From: Eledone cirrhosa | Taxonomy: Eukaryota | Reading direction: 5' to 3' | Length of the DNA stretch: 64,000 bases | Assembly: GCA_964016885.1 (NCBI GenBank) | Contig: OZ024740.1 | Coordinates: 115,754,001 to 115,818,000, forward strand | Shown here: piece by piece, positions 38,397-50,599 of the stretch | Position numbering within the stretch: position 1 is the first letter of the stretch | How the letters are laid out: each line of letters begins with the position of its first letter | Made by a program: the position numbers and the translations under genes | The notes under the pieces: model-generated | The model's database searches: none | Told to the model about the DNA's origin: nothing | What the model saw: only the letters and a program-made list of their open reading frames with translations

Positions 38397-39653
38397 ACAA
38401 AATAATGTTAATTAAGGAAAAACAAATTGAAATGAAAAATTTACCAATGTTGTTATTTTTTGCTGCTTTTCTTGCTTCAGTATTGTTGCATTATTCAACA
38501 ATTACTTGAAAAACTTAGCCTGCACTCACAATATGTCATGTTCTTTTTTGTCATGTGACACTCCTGTCCCCAATCTCCCTCATGTTATTTTTTTTAGATA
38601 ATGAAAATTATTTTAAAATAAACACTTTAGTATAATAGAACTTGGGGCAATTTCAGGTAACTTGGTATAAAAAGTGTTAAACAAGGTTCTTGGTTTGTCA
38701 GAAATTCTATTTACTCATTAAGCATTTATTTCATAGAAGATATTGGCATGTGACTCTAATTGTATCCAAGAATTGCAATCAAAATTCGACATAACCATAG
38801 TTCAGTGCTGTCTCTCAACTTATGTTTGCCAAGATGCAGATTACGATTATATGAAATTAAAAAAGAAAGGAAAAAAAAAAAAAAAACTAATTGCGTTCCT
38901 GTAGAAAATCTAGGATAATAATTGTTTCTCCTTTTTAGGATAATAATGAAATAATGTTTTAAAAGTCTAATTAATTTTCTTTTTTTGTTTTCTATTTTAT
39001 CAACATAATTGTAACCAACACACTGGAAATGTATCTCTGCAAAATTTCATTTGAAAGAAAGCATTATTGAAGATACTAGGTTAGGGGTGGGACATTAAAC
39101 TGCATGGCTTGAAACAATACTCCCTCCCCTCAATTCTGGAGGAAGCTGGATTGTCCAGGGTTGATGGGAAGAGGCCAGATGGTCTTATTCTTTGCCCCTA
39201 GATAAGAAGTAGATATCTTATTTTGGATACCACAGTTAGTGACTCTTTTGCTTTGGTAAAGATGAGGATTACTGCATCCATAGCCATTATTATATTTTAC
39301 CAGTTTGTGTCTTTCGAGATGTTTGGAGGAGCTGGACCACTGACAATGAGATTCCTGTCATTTTTGGTGGCTCGCCTAACTGATGTATCATGTGATGCCT
39401 GCGAGGGTGCTTGGTTATTCCAGTACCTTAACCTCGCTATCACTTACAGTAATGCTGCGGGTGTGTTCACTTGCCTAAAAGATTATTAGAGAGGTATCCC
39501 CACCATCACTTGTGGCGTGATTGAGTGCGAGTCGTCTCCCTTTTATTATCTCCCTTCCCCTCTTTGTTTTGTTGTGTGTAAGAAATTTATAACAAACCTA
39601 TTAGACCATTGCAATTTCCAATTGTACATTTATTAGAGTGGGAAATATATAAT

Positions 39654-39736
39654 TGTTTCTACTTTAGGCACAAGGCCAGCAATTACCCAGTGCATTACTG
39701 GTACTTTATTTTATCTACCCCGTAAGGATGAAAGGC
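39654..39736 (-). mobile_element. 5'-truncated family X SINE with 22-bp TSD
   Basis: TSD attagagtgggaaatatataat at 39632-39653 and 39737-39758; empty site at about 5979-6000. Confidence 0.9.
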
Positions 39737-39887
39737 ATTAGAGTGGGAAATATATAATGTTTAGGTATCGTAAAATGTCTACCTGCTTCTCAAATATAGC
39801 GAGCAATTCTATTTACAACAACCACCATTTTCACCTATATTAACAGATAACTACTGATCTCATTGTATCACACACACACTCATAGTA

Positions 39888-39952
<65 letters not shown>

Positions 39953-40489
39953 AAAACATTTTAATATCCTGGCATAAAATCATATATTTCATATCGAAAC
40001 TGCGGCTAAAGACATAAAGGCAGCTTCGCTTTTGTTAGAAGAAGCTACACGAACGTTTATGTAACGATAAAATCATTCGAAAAATCTTAATTTAGTAGCG
40101 AAATTATTTCTTTGATAGATTGGTAAAAAACATACACCAATTCTCTGTTTACATCCGAAAACGGTAAGTTGATAAATATATTTGCTTTAAGTCTGTCATT
40201 AAGGAAATTTAATAATGGTTTCTAATTAAGGTTCAAGGCCAGCAATTTAAAGGGAGCGGAAGTGATTAATAACATTTAGTCCAGTTCTTGTCATCGATAG
40301 TGGCTCGCCTTACTGAGGTGTCATGTTAAGCCCATGGGAGTGCTTGGTTGTTTCAGTGCCTTAGACTTGCCACGGTAATGCTTCAAACATTTCCGATGAC
40401 CTTTGTGGTGCATGCTCCATTGACACACTTGGTGGTGAATTGATGGTTTTTTTTCTTTTTTTTTTCACTTTGATTACATATCTTTGTGT

Positions 40490-40870
40490 AAGGCAAAGTT
40501 AACCTCCGCGGGATTTGAATCCCGCCGAAGTTAACTTTGCCTTTCATCCTTACGGGGTCGATAAAATAAAGTAGTAATTGCTGGCCTTGTGCCTAAAGTA
40601 GAGACAAGTAATACACTGGGATAATTGCTGGCCTTGTGCCAAAAGTAGAAACAATTATATTTATGCCGAGGTTAACTTTGCCTTTCACCTTTAAAGGGTC
40701 GATAAATTAAAGCACCAGTAATGCACTGGGATAATTGCTGGCCTTGTTCCAAAAGTAGAAACATTTATATTTATAAGGTTCCTAGACTTGACTGGTACTC
40801 TATTTTATCAACCCATTAAGGATGAAATACAAAGTTCATCTCGACGGGATTTGAACTCAGAAAGTAAAAT
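40490..40870. mobile_element. Cluster of nested family X SINE pieces
   Basis: Several core and tail copies; the paralogous site at 17975-18180 is simpler. Confidence 0.8.
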
Positions 40871-41144
40871 GCCAAAACAAATATAGCGGGTCCTAGCCAG
40901 ATTCAATATCCCACATAATTCTGGAACTATTTGGATTGTTCAGGATCGTGGGAAGAGGCCAAATTTTACCCTTGGGTTAAAGGCAGATGTTGTACATGGT
41001 ACACTGTCTGATTCTTTTGTTCCTTCTCACATCATAAATAGGGACACGTTGGGTCATGTCCACTTAAAAATAATAATAATATTTAAATAATAAAAATATA
41101 CACAGACATTTAAATAATGTAAAATGAAATTGGAAGGCCTATAT

Positions 41145-43047
41145 ATCATCATCATCATCATCAACGTTTAACGTCCGTGTTCCACGCTTGCATCGGTTTG
41201 GGCGGGGGTATTCCCACTTGAGGCAAGAGTGATTGTCTTGCTCGCATAGGACTGTCTGGCAGGTTTTCTACAGTTGGATGCCCTTCCTAACACCAACCAC
41301 ATTTACAGTGTGGGACTGGGAGGTTTTTACCGTGTTGCCTACATGGCCACATTACAGCGTGGACTGTGTTTTTTTGTCGTGACACCTACACGATCTCATT
41401 TGTTTCGGCCTGGATGTTGTGGCACCAACATAACTTTACATAGGAGGGGGTGGTGTGGATGGGGTGTGGGTGGTGGGACGGGGGTGTATTTTGTTAGAGG
41501 TGCCTACTGGCTGTAGTAGGTTTTACTATGTATTTAGGTAAGGCGGGTCTTCTCTATTACTGAGTACCGCCAAAGGTCTCGGTCCAGTGACATTGTCTTG
41601 GAGAGGTGTAAGTGTGTGAGGTCGGAGTTTATCAGCTCGTCCCAGGATTTTCTAGGTCTGCCTATTCCGTGGCTACCGTCTATCTTTATTGCCCTGCACT
41701 TTGTTATACAGCTATCGACTTTCATGCGCATCACGTGTCCGTACCAACGTAGCCTTCTCTCGAGTAAACAACATCTGATCCCTCTTATTTCTAATTTTTT
41801 CCTTAGTTCGTTTATGCTTTGCCGTTCACGTATATTACTATTACACATCCAGCGGCGCATGCAAGCTTCGTTCCTCTCTAGTCTGCGTATATCCTCTGCG
41901 CACAATGCCCAGGTCTCACTGCCATGCAACATTGCTGTTCGTATGCAGGCATCATACAACCTGCCTTTCATTTTTAGGGAGAACCCTTTAGCGGCTAATA
42001 GTGGTATAAGCTCTCTGAACTTTTTCCATCCAGTTCTGACTCTAGCTACTGTACTTTCGGAGCACCCTCCCCCACTGCTGATTTTGTCACCCAGGTAACG
42101 GAAGCTGTCCACTATTTCTATAGAGCCCCCTGCGCAATTGAAAGAGTTAGTATTTTGTGGGCACTCGCTGCTACTTATTGCACCAGAGCACCGCCCACAT
42201 GTAAAATCTAAGTTCTTAGTTAGCTTACCTGTGATCCCACTACATCTTTTATGCACCCATACTTTGCATTTGGGACATAAAATGGAGTTTCTACCTACGC
42301 CTTTCCTACACACTGAGCATGGCCATTTCCCGGAAGGGACCGCTGCCTTATTTTCTTTCCTACAAACTAGAACTTTAGTCTTAGCCAGGTTAATTTTAAG
42401 GCCTTTTGATTCTAGGCCGTGCTTCCATGTTTGGAATTTCTTCTCTAGCTCGGCCATTGATTCAGCTATGAGTGTCAGGTCGTCTGCGTATAGGAGTTCC
42501 CATGGGCAGCCGGTCTTGAACTCCTCTGTTATAGCCTGAAGGGCAATAATAAATAGTAGGGGGCTGAGAACAGAGCCCTGATGGACGCCAACTTTTACGC
42601 TAAACTCTTCACTATATTCGTTGTTAATTCTAACCTTGCTGACTGTTTCTTTATACATGGCTTGTATAGCCCTCACAAGCCATTCGTCGACACCTAGTTT
42701 TCTAAGGGCCCACCAGATAATGGAACGGGGGACTCTGTCGAAGGCTTTCTCCAAGTCGACAAAAGCTAAGTAGAGGGGTTTACCTTTAGCTAGGTACTTC
42801 TCCTGTAGTTGACGTACAATGAAAAGAGCGTCTGTGGTACTTTTGCCTGACACAAACCCGAACTGCATTTCATCTAGGTCAATTCTCTCTCTGATTAGTT
42901 GCGCTATTACATTTTCCGTGACCTTCATGACCTGGTCGATTAGTTTAATGCCTCTATAGTTACTCCTATCTAGGGCATCTCCTTTACCCTTATAACAGTT
43001 AACGATGATGCTGCTATGCCAGTCCTTCGGAACAACCCCATTCTGTA
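41145..43047 (-). mobile_element. Young RTE-clade LINE, 5'-truncated (ORF 41534-42928)
   Basis: QFGF..STTDA, FVDLEKAFDRVP, GVHQGSVLSPLLF, YADD, RLRWYGHV; 3' UTR and (GAT)n tail; absent from copy A. Confidence 0.95.
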
Positions 43048-43062
43048 TATATATATATATAT

Positions 43063-43251
43063 ATCATCATCATCATCATCATTTTACGTCCACTTTTTCC
43101 CTGCTTGCAAGGGTGAGATGGGAACTGATTCTAGCTTAATTTCTACAGCTGGATGCCCTTCCTAACACCAACCCCATTTACAGTGAGTGCTGGGTGCTTT
43201 TTTTCCATGGCGCCTACACAACCACTTTAAAGTGGAATGATAGGGAGTGGG

Positions 43252-43255
<4 letters not shown>
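43063..43255 (-). mobile_element. SINE family Z 3' half with RTE-type tail
   Basis: Reverse complement of about 44170-44352. Confidence 0.75.
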
Positions 43256-43295
<40 letters not shown>

Positions 43296-43532
43296 CGGAA
43301 AGGTCCAGGAAAAAAGACTGCTCTATGTAGGTTACAGAGCTTAATAGTTATGTAATAAACAACATCAATTATTTCATTTACCAGTGGTTTCTTAAAGCAA
43401 ACAAATTTTGCTTTCAATCATCAGAATGAAAAAATCCTGGTGTATTTATTGACATTGGATTTTAAAAACAAAAATATAATCTATATGAAAGTGAGGCTGG
43501 AAAAGGAAGAAGGAAAGGAAAAATAAACACAG

Positions 43533-43595
43533 ATGCACACACACAATTACATACACACACATATATACATACACAGAAATATACACACACACACA

Positions 43596-43633
<38 letters not shown>

Positions 43634-43856
43634 CACATACATATACACATACATACATACACACATATATCAACATATCCATACATACACATACACAAAC
43701 ACGCACACACACACACACACACACACATGCATATATATATATACATACATGCATACACACAATCATACATATATACACACGTACATACACACACATGCAT
43801 ACACACATATATACACACATACATATACATATACATGCACATACACACACACATAT

Positions 43857-43905
<49 letters not shown>

Positions 43906-43965
43906 TATACATACATATACACAAACACATACATACAAATACATACACACACATATGTATGTGTG
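43533..43965. repeat. Complex CA/TA microsatellite
   Basis: Directly visible. Confidence 0.95.
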
Positions 43966-44022
43966 TAAAACTCATTCTTAGATGTATTCATATGAACCTT
44001 GTATAACTCTTAAATATATACA

Positions 44023-44352
44023 TGGAGGCACATGGCTTAGTGGTTAGAGCATTGGCCTTGCAATCGAAAGGTAGTGAGTTCAATTCTCAGACCGGGTGAT
44101 GTGTTGTTTCCTTTAGCAAGACACTTTATTTCACATTGCTCCAGTTTACTCAGCTGTAGAAATGAGATGATAGGACTGGGGTCCCTATCATTCCACTGCA
44201 AAGTGGTCGTGGAGGTGCCACGGCAAAAAAAGCACCCAGCACTCACTGTAAATGAGGTTGGTGTTAGGAAGGGCATCCAGCTGTAGAAATCAAGCCAGAA
44301 TCAGTTCCCGTCCCACCCTTGCAAACAGGGAAAAGCGGACGTATGATGATGA

Positions 44353-44353
<1 letters not shown>
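44023..44353 (+). mobile_element. tRNA-head, CORE-like SINE (family Z) with RTE-type (GAT)n tail
   Basis: A-box tggcttagtgg, B-box gagttcaattc, ttagcaagacacttta core, ggttggtgttaggaagggcatccagctgtagaa shared with the RTE 3' UTR; second copy at 44568-44945. Confidence 0.8.
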
Positions 44354-44390
<37 letters not shown>

Positions 44391-45129
44391 CATACACACA
44401 CATATATATACACATACATATACATACATACACAAACGCACATATATATATAAAAGAAAATACATAAATATTATATATATATAAAAATAAAAAGTTGGGA
44501 ATACGACAAATAATAAATAAATAAATAATTAGAAAAGGGTATAAATTATATATATATATATATATAAAGGTGCATGGCTTAATGGTTAGATTTGAAAGGT
44601 TGTGAGTTCAATTCTCGGACCGGGTGATGTGTTGCTTCTTTGGGCAAGACACTTTATTTCACATTGCTCCAGTTTACTCAGCTGTAGAAATGAGATGATA
44701 GGACTGGGGTCCCTATCATTCCACTGCAAAGTGGTCAATGAGGTGCCACAGCAAAAAAACACCCAGCACTCACTGTAAATGAGGTTGGTGTTAGGAAGGG
44801 CATCCAACTGTAGAAATCAAGCCAGAATCAGTTCCCGTATGAGCAAGACAAGGTCAGCCGACTGGACACTGCCCACAACAGGACAACTCGTCTAACCCAT
44901 GCTAGCGTGGAAGAACGGATGTAAAACTGTGATGATGATGATGATATATGTGTGTGTGTGCATATATATACGTGGGTGTCTGTGTCCTATATACACTGTC
45001 ACAGACACACACACATATCTATATACTACTAAAACTCTGTGATTGTGTGCTGACCTGTAATTTAATACAGCCAAAATAGCGCATAATGGGAAAATACTTT
45101 GAAAGGAAGTTGCACCTGAAATGGGACTC

Positions 45130-45420
45130 CTCATCATCATCATCATCATTTTATGTCCACTTTTCCCAGCTTGGGTGGGACAGGTCTTATTCAGCACAGC
45201 ATCTTTCCACTTGTCACGGTCCTTCGTCATCTCCACCGTGAGCTTCAGTGTCTTCCTTCAACTGGCATTTCCTCGCACTTCTTCACCCATCAGTCATTCC
45301 CCATGTGCATCACATGTCCATATCACCACAGTCTCCTCTCTCGCACACTAGATTCTATCCCTCTCAGACACAGTTTCTCTCTCATCCATGCTGGGTCGTT
45401 CACGCACATTGACATTGCAT
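45130..45420 (-). mobile_element. RTE 3' fragment
   Basis: Minus strand YGHVMH..DRDKWKDAVLNKT with (GAT)n tail. Confidence 0.65.
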
Positions 45421-47606
45421 TTCTACAGCTGGTACCTGATTGATCTCTATGAGTAAATGCAGAATGATTTATTAGTAAAATGAAAGAAGGAAATATTGGA
45501 ATATGTGTGTGACATCACTTGCAGCCCCTTTTTTTTTTATATGAAAATGTAGAATGATTTATTAGTAAAAGAAAATGATTGAAATTAAATTATGTTTGAA
45601 AATGATGAAAGAAAATTATTGTAAAATATTTAAATGAATCTAAAATGAAATTGTCAATTAAAGACTGCTGCCAATTTTGATGTTAATCCAGCCAAAAATA
45701 GCTCAGGTTCTGTGAAACAAAACCACCAATTTTAAAAGGATTCTTATTTAAATTAAAATCCTTCAATATCATTCTATATAAGAACCATATGTTTAGTTAC
45801 TGTCTTTGTAATGAAATAATTAATAATATTAGTAAATACCTCAAAATTCTTCATTAATTATTTGAAATAGAGTTTATTTCATTAGAAATACAGCTATAAA
45901 AGAGTTAAAACAGAAGAATGTACAATATTGGTAAAAAACCTCTTTCTTCATGTAGTAATTAAGAACTGATAACCTATTTAGTGTAGACAATGATAAAATG
46001 AACCCAGTATACTCTGTAAAGGGATTAATGTTAGGAAGGGCATGAAGCCTTAGAATCCATGTCAAACGAAACTGTTAAGAGGAGGATTCTTCAGTAATGT
46101 CAGGGACATTACATCCTCCCTAGTGCTGATACCAGGATAACATACAATCAATGGTTGGTGATAGGAAGGACATCCAGCTGTAGGAAACATTTCAAACAAA
46201 GAGTAGAGAAGACTCTTCACTTGTGTCAAAGACATGATAACCTCACAAGTGCTGGTGCTATGAAAATGCAACTGGAGCACTCGAGAGAGAGAATGCTGGA
46301 ACATTTGTAAGCGAAATGCTGCCACTAGTCCATCTGAGAGGTCAGTAGGTCTGATTAAGTCCTGACTTAGTCCGTGATGATCCATCTAATTCTTGCTAGC
46401 AGCAAGAATGGACATTAAATGATAATTATATGTATATATCATCATCATCGTCACTGTTGAATGTCCATTTTTTATGCTAACATGAGTTAAATGAATTTTA
46501 CCATTGTAGAACAAGCCAGATCATACAGAACTGTTTCTTGCTTGGTTTTTAGGTCTAGATGCCCTTTGTTGTGGCACTAAAATGATCACTTTACAGTATG
46601 GACTGGGTACTTTTTGTTGTGTCACCAAAACAATCACTTTACAGTGTGGACTGGATTTTTGTCATGGCACCAAAACGACCACTTTACAGTGTAGGCTGGG
46701 GATTTTTTGTTGTGCCTCCTGTCATGTCCTTAATATGACCACCTCAAATGGTGGACTGGGTGGTTATTTGTCATGTCACCAGCTCTACCACCTTGCAGGA
46801 AGGGTTACGTGCTCTTTTGTCATGACACCAATATTAGCACCTTACAAGGTGGACTGAGAGGTTTTAGTCATTTCAGCAGCATTGTGGGAGAATGTGTTCA
46901 GCCTTTCATACTTATATATATATATACACACATGGTATGTTCGATATATTTTTTAAAAGAATCTATATTTCTTCCTTAATTCAACCATTTTATGGCTATA
47001 ATTCTAATGAAATACATTGGTCATGTATTAATTTTGAAATATAAACAAGTACACTCTATAAAGCAGTTAGCATTCAGACTGGCATCCAGCTGTAGAAACT
47101 ATACTGAAAATGGTATGTGGTTACCTGATCTTTCTAGTCTTAGCCTGTGTCAAATCATACAACACATGCTAGTATGGAAAACAGATGATGATGAGTGGAT
47201 AAGTTTAATTGTTCCAGTAAATGTTCATACCTACAGTTTATCAATACAGAAATATAGTAAAATTTCCACTATCTCCCCTTTTTAAATATCTTCTATATCT
47301 TATACTGTTTCTCTATTATTTCAGAATATCAGATGACATTGGCATAACAGAATTTGTTTTACTTGAGATCCTATTTTACTGTCTGGAATGTGAACAACAT
47401 AATTTCACATTCTAACTAAACCTGGACAAGTCTACAAAGTAGATTGCGAGATCTCTTGTGATCTAAACAAAGATTACAGTTAATGGAAATATAACAATAA
47501 AAATATGAAAATGAAAACAAGAAAATTACCCATATTGTTAGAGAAGAAATATTTTGGGAAAATGACTTAAGTTAAAAATATAAAATACAAATTTTTTTCT
47601 GAAGAA

Positions 47607-49649
47607 ATGTCAAAAGGGTTGGGAAAATCATCACACCACTGTGTTGTCTGTATAAAGTCATCCTCTACAAAAAGTAGTCTAACTACTCACAATTGTGCTC
47701 ATACAGGAGAGACATCATATCTCTGTGATATCTGTGGTAAATCATTCACTACAAAAAGTAGCCTAATTATTCATAAACGCATTCATACAGGAGAGAAACC
47801 ATATAATTGTGATATCTGTGATAAATCATTTTCTGAAAATGGTGGCTTAACTAAGCACAAACGTATTCATACTGGAGAGACACCATATCACTGTGATATC
47901 TGCAAAAAGTCATTCTCTGCAAAATGTAGGCTAACTATTCATAAACGTGTTCATACTGGTGAAAAACCATATCATTGTAATATCTGTGGTAAATCTTTCT
48001 CTCAAATAAATAATTTAACTATGCACAAACATATTCATACAGGAGAGAAACCACATCACTGTGATGTTTGTGATAAGTCATTCTCTACAGGTGCTCACTT
48101 AACTACACACAAACATATTCATACAGGAGAGAAACCATATCACTGTGATATCTGTGGTAAATCCTTTTCTAAAAGTGCTTATTTAACTACTCACAAACGT
48201 ATTCATACAGGAGAAAAACTATATCACTGTGATATCTGTGGTAAATCATTCTCTCGGAGTAATGAGGTAACTATTCACAAATACATTCATACTGGAGAGA
48301 AGCCATATTGTTGTGAAATCTGTGGTAAATCATTTTTGAGAAGTAGTACCTTAATTACTCACATACGTATTCATACAGGCGAGAAACCATATCACTGTAA
48401 TATATGTGATAAAACATTTGCTCGACATAATGAGTTAACTATTCACAAATACATTCACACAGGAGAGAAGCCATACCATTGTGAAATCTGTGATAAATTA
48501 TTCTCTGAAACAAGTAATTTAAATAAACACAAACGCATTCATACTGGAGAAAAACCATATCTCTGTGATATCTGTGGTAAATCATTCTCTATAAGTATGC
48601 ACTTAACTACGCACAAACGTACTCACGCAGGAGAGAAACCATATCACTGTAATATTTGTGGTAAATCATTCACTAATGGAAATAGTTTAACTATACACAA
48701 ACGTATTCATACAGGTGAGAAACCATATCACTGTGAAATTTGTGGTAAGACATTTTCTCATGGAAATAGCTTAACTCAACACAAACGTATTCATACAGGA
48801 GAGAAACCATATCGTTGTGAATTTTGTGGTGAATCATTTTCTTCAAGAAGTAGCTTAATTACTCACAGACGGCTCCATACAGGTGAAACACCATATCATT
48901 GTGATATCTGTAGTGAATCATTTTATTCAAGAACTGCTTTAACTAGACATAGACATATTCATACAGGAGGGAAGCCATATTACTGCAATATGTGTGGTGA
49001 ATCATTCTCTGTAATTAGTCACTTAACTAAGCACAAACACATTCATACTGGTGAAAAACCATATGATTGTGATATTTGTGGTAAATCATTCTTTTATAGA
49101 AATAGCTTAACTGTACACAAACGTATTCATACAGGTGAGAAACCATATCATTGCGATAGATGTAGTAAATCTTTTTCTTCAAGTAGTATCTTAAGTAAGC
49201 ACAAATGTATTCATATAGGAGATATCTCATATCAGTGTGATATCTGTGGTAAACCATTCTCTCATGGAAATGCTTTAATGAAGCACAAAAGCATTCATAC
49301 AGGAGAGAACCCTTATCAATGTGATATCTGTGGTAAATCATGCTCTGGAAGTAGTAACTTAATTAAACACAAACGTATTCATACAGGAGATAAGCCAAAT
49401 CACTGTAATATCTGTGGTAAATCATACTTTGGAAATAGACACAAAAGTATCCATACAGGTGAGAAGCCATATCACTGTGACGTATGTGGCAAATCCTTTT
49501 CTGGAAGTAGTAACTTAACTCAACACAAACGAATTCATACCGGAGAGAAACCCTATCATTGTGATATCTGTGGTAAATTATTCACTCAAAAAGGTAACCT
49601 AAATACACATGTAGCTCTTCATACAGAACCGCGAGTGCATCCATGTTAG
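47607..49649 (+). CDS. C2H2 zinc-finger protein copy B, 680 aa, 24 fingers
   Basis: Uninterrupted ORF of TGEKP-linked fingers; finger 22 is 4 aa short ([11 protein letters not shown]); no effector domain in this exon; AATAAA at about 49843. Confidence 0.93.
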   Translation: MSKGLGKSSHHCVVCIKSSSTKSSLTTHNCAHTGETSYLCDICGKSFTTKSSLIIHKRIHTGEKPYNCDICDKSFSENGGLTKHKRIHTGETPYHCDICKKSFSAKCRLTIHKRVHTGEKPYHCNICGKSFSQINNLTMHKHIHTGEKPHHCDVCDKSFSTGAHLTTHKHIHTGEKPYHCDICGKSFSKSAYLTTHKRIHTGEKLYHCDICGKSFSRSNEVTIHKYIHTGEKPYCCEICGKSFLRSSTLITHIRIHTGEKPYHCNICDKTFARHNELTIHKYIHTGEKPYHCEICDKLFSETSNLNKHKRIHTGEKPYLCDICGKSFSISMHLTTHKRTHAGEKPYHCNICGKSFTNGNSLTIHKRIHTGEKPYHCEICGKTFSHGNSLTQHKRIHTGEKPYRCEFCGESFSSRSSLITHRRLHTGETPYHCDICSESFYSRTALTRHRHIHTGGKPYYCNMCGESFSVISHLTKHKHIHTGEKPYDCDICGKSFFYRNSLTVHKRIHTGEKPYHCDRCSKSFSSSSILSKHKCIHIGDISYQCDICGKPFSHGNALMKHKSIHTGENPYQCDICGKSCSGSSNLIKHKRIHTGDKPNHCNICGKSYFGNRHKSIHTGEKPYHCDVCGKSFSGSSNLTQHKRIHTGEKPYHCDICGKLFTQKGNLNTHVALHTEPRVHPC

Positions 49650-50599
49650 AAGTTTGGTAAATCTAAAGATAGTGCAGCAATGTGTTCTACTTAATTTTTC
49701 CATTGGTATAATCAGTAATTTTACAATATTCATAAAGTTACAAGATACATCAACAAGAATAGGAAAATATCTATTTGATAAAAAAAATTAAATGGGCCCA
49801 TTGTTGTGTTGTTTTACTATTGCTGTCAACATCCATTCTATCAATAAATATTTATAACAATATATATATATTCAAATCAGAAAAAAGATACAAAATATGG
49901 TAACACCCCACCTAACACTATTTTATATATCTATGACTATATCGACATAACTTACCACTGTAATACCTTTAATAAAAACTTTAAGAATATTCATAAATAT
50001 TCCATCTATCATATTTCCAGAAGGGAGAAAAGATATTGATTTATTTGAGATTGTGGGTAAATCAGAGATAACATCACTGTACACAAACCACAGCATGAAA
50101 TATTTCATATTATTATAGAATATATATATATATATGATATCTTATTTATATTCTAGATCTTATATCGTCAATGTTTTAATATCCCTTCTACATGTTGGTA
50201 TGGGTTGGACATATCTGTTATACAGGATGTCAGCACATTTTCTAATTCTTTTGTGACTATAATATAATAAAAGGAGGATTGTGGAACAGCGTCCGGTTTA
50301 TATCTTTTAATCCAGTTAGTAAAATAAGTTGGATTACTTTGAATAAATAATGAATGAATATTACATAATTTATGTACTAAATTTCGTAACTCTTGATTAC
50401 ATATAGATAATTTTATTTCTTATTTAAAATTGAGTTCTTTTAAGTTTCAAATTTCTACACTTCCGGTATATCGCTGCGACCACCACCACCACTTCAACTA
50501 CCATATATATAGACAGAGCGAGAAAGAGAGAGTTTGTGATGAGAGAGATACAGATAGATAGAGTGATTATGTGACAGATATATATATATATATATATAT

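Noticed and set aside
41598-42539. Opposite-strand ORFs within the RTEs (also 51796-52737)
   Set aside because: Antisense shadows with no recognisable motif; conserved only because the copies are young.
44023-44095. tRNA gene
   Set aside because: A/B boxes are present but the cloverleaf is incomplete and it continues into a SINE body.
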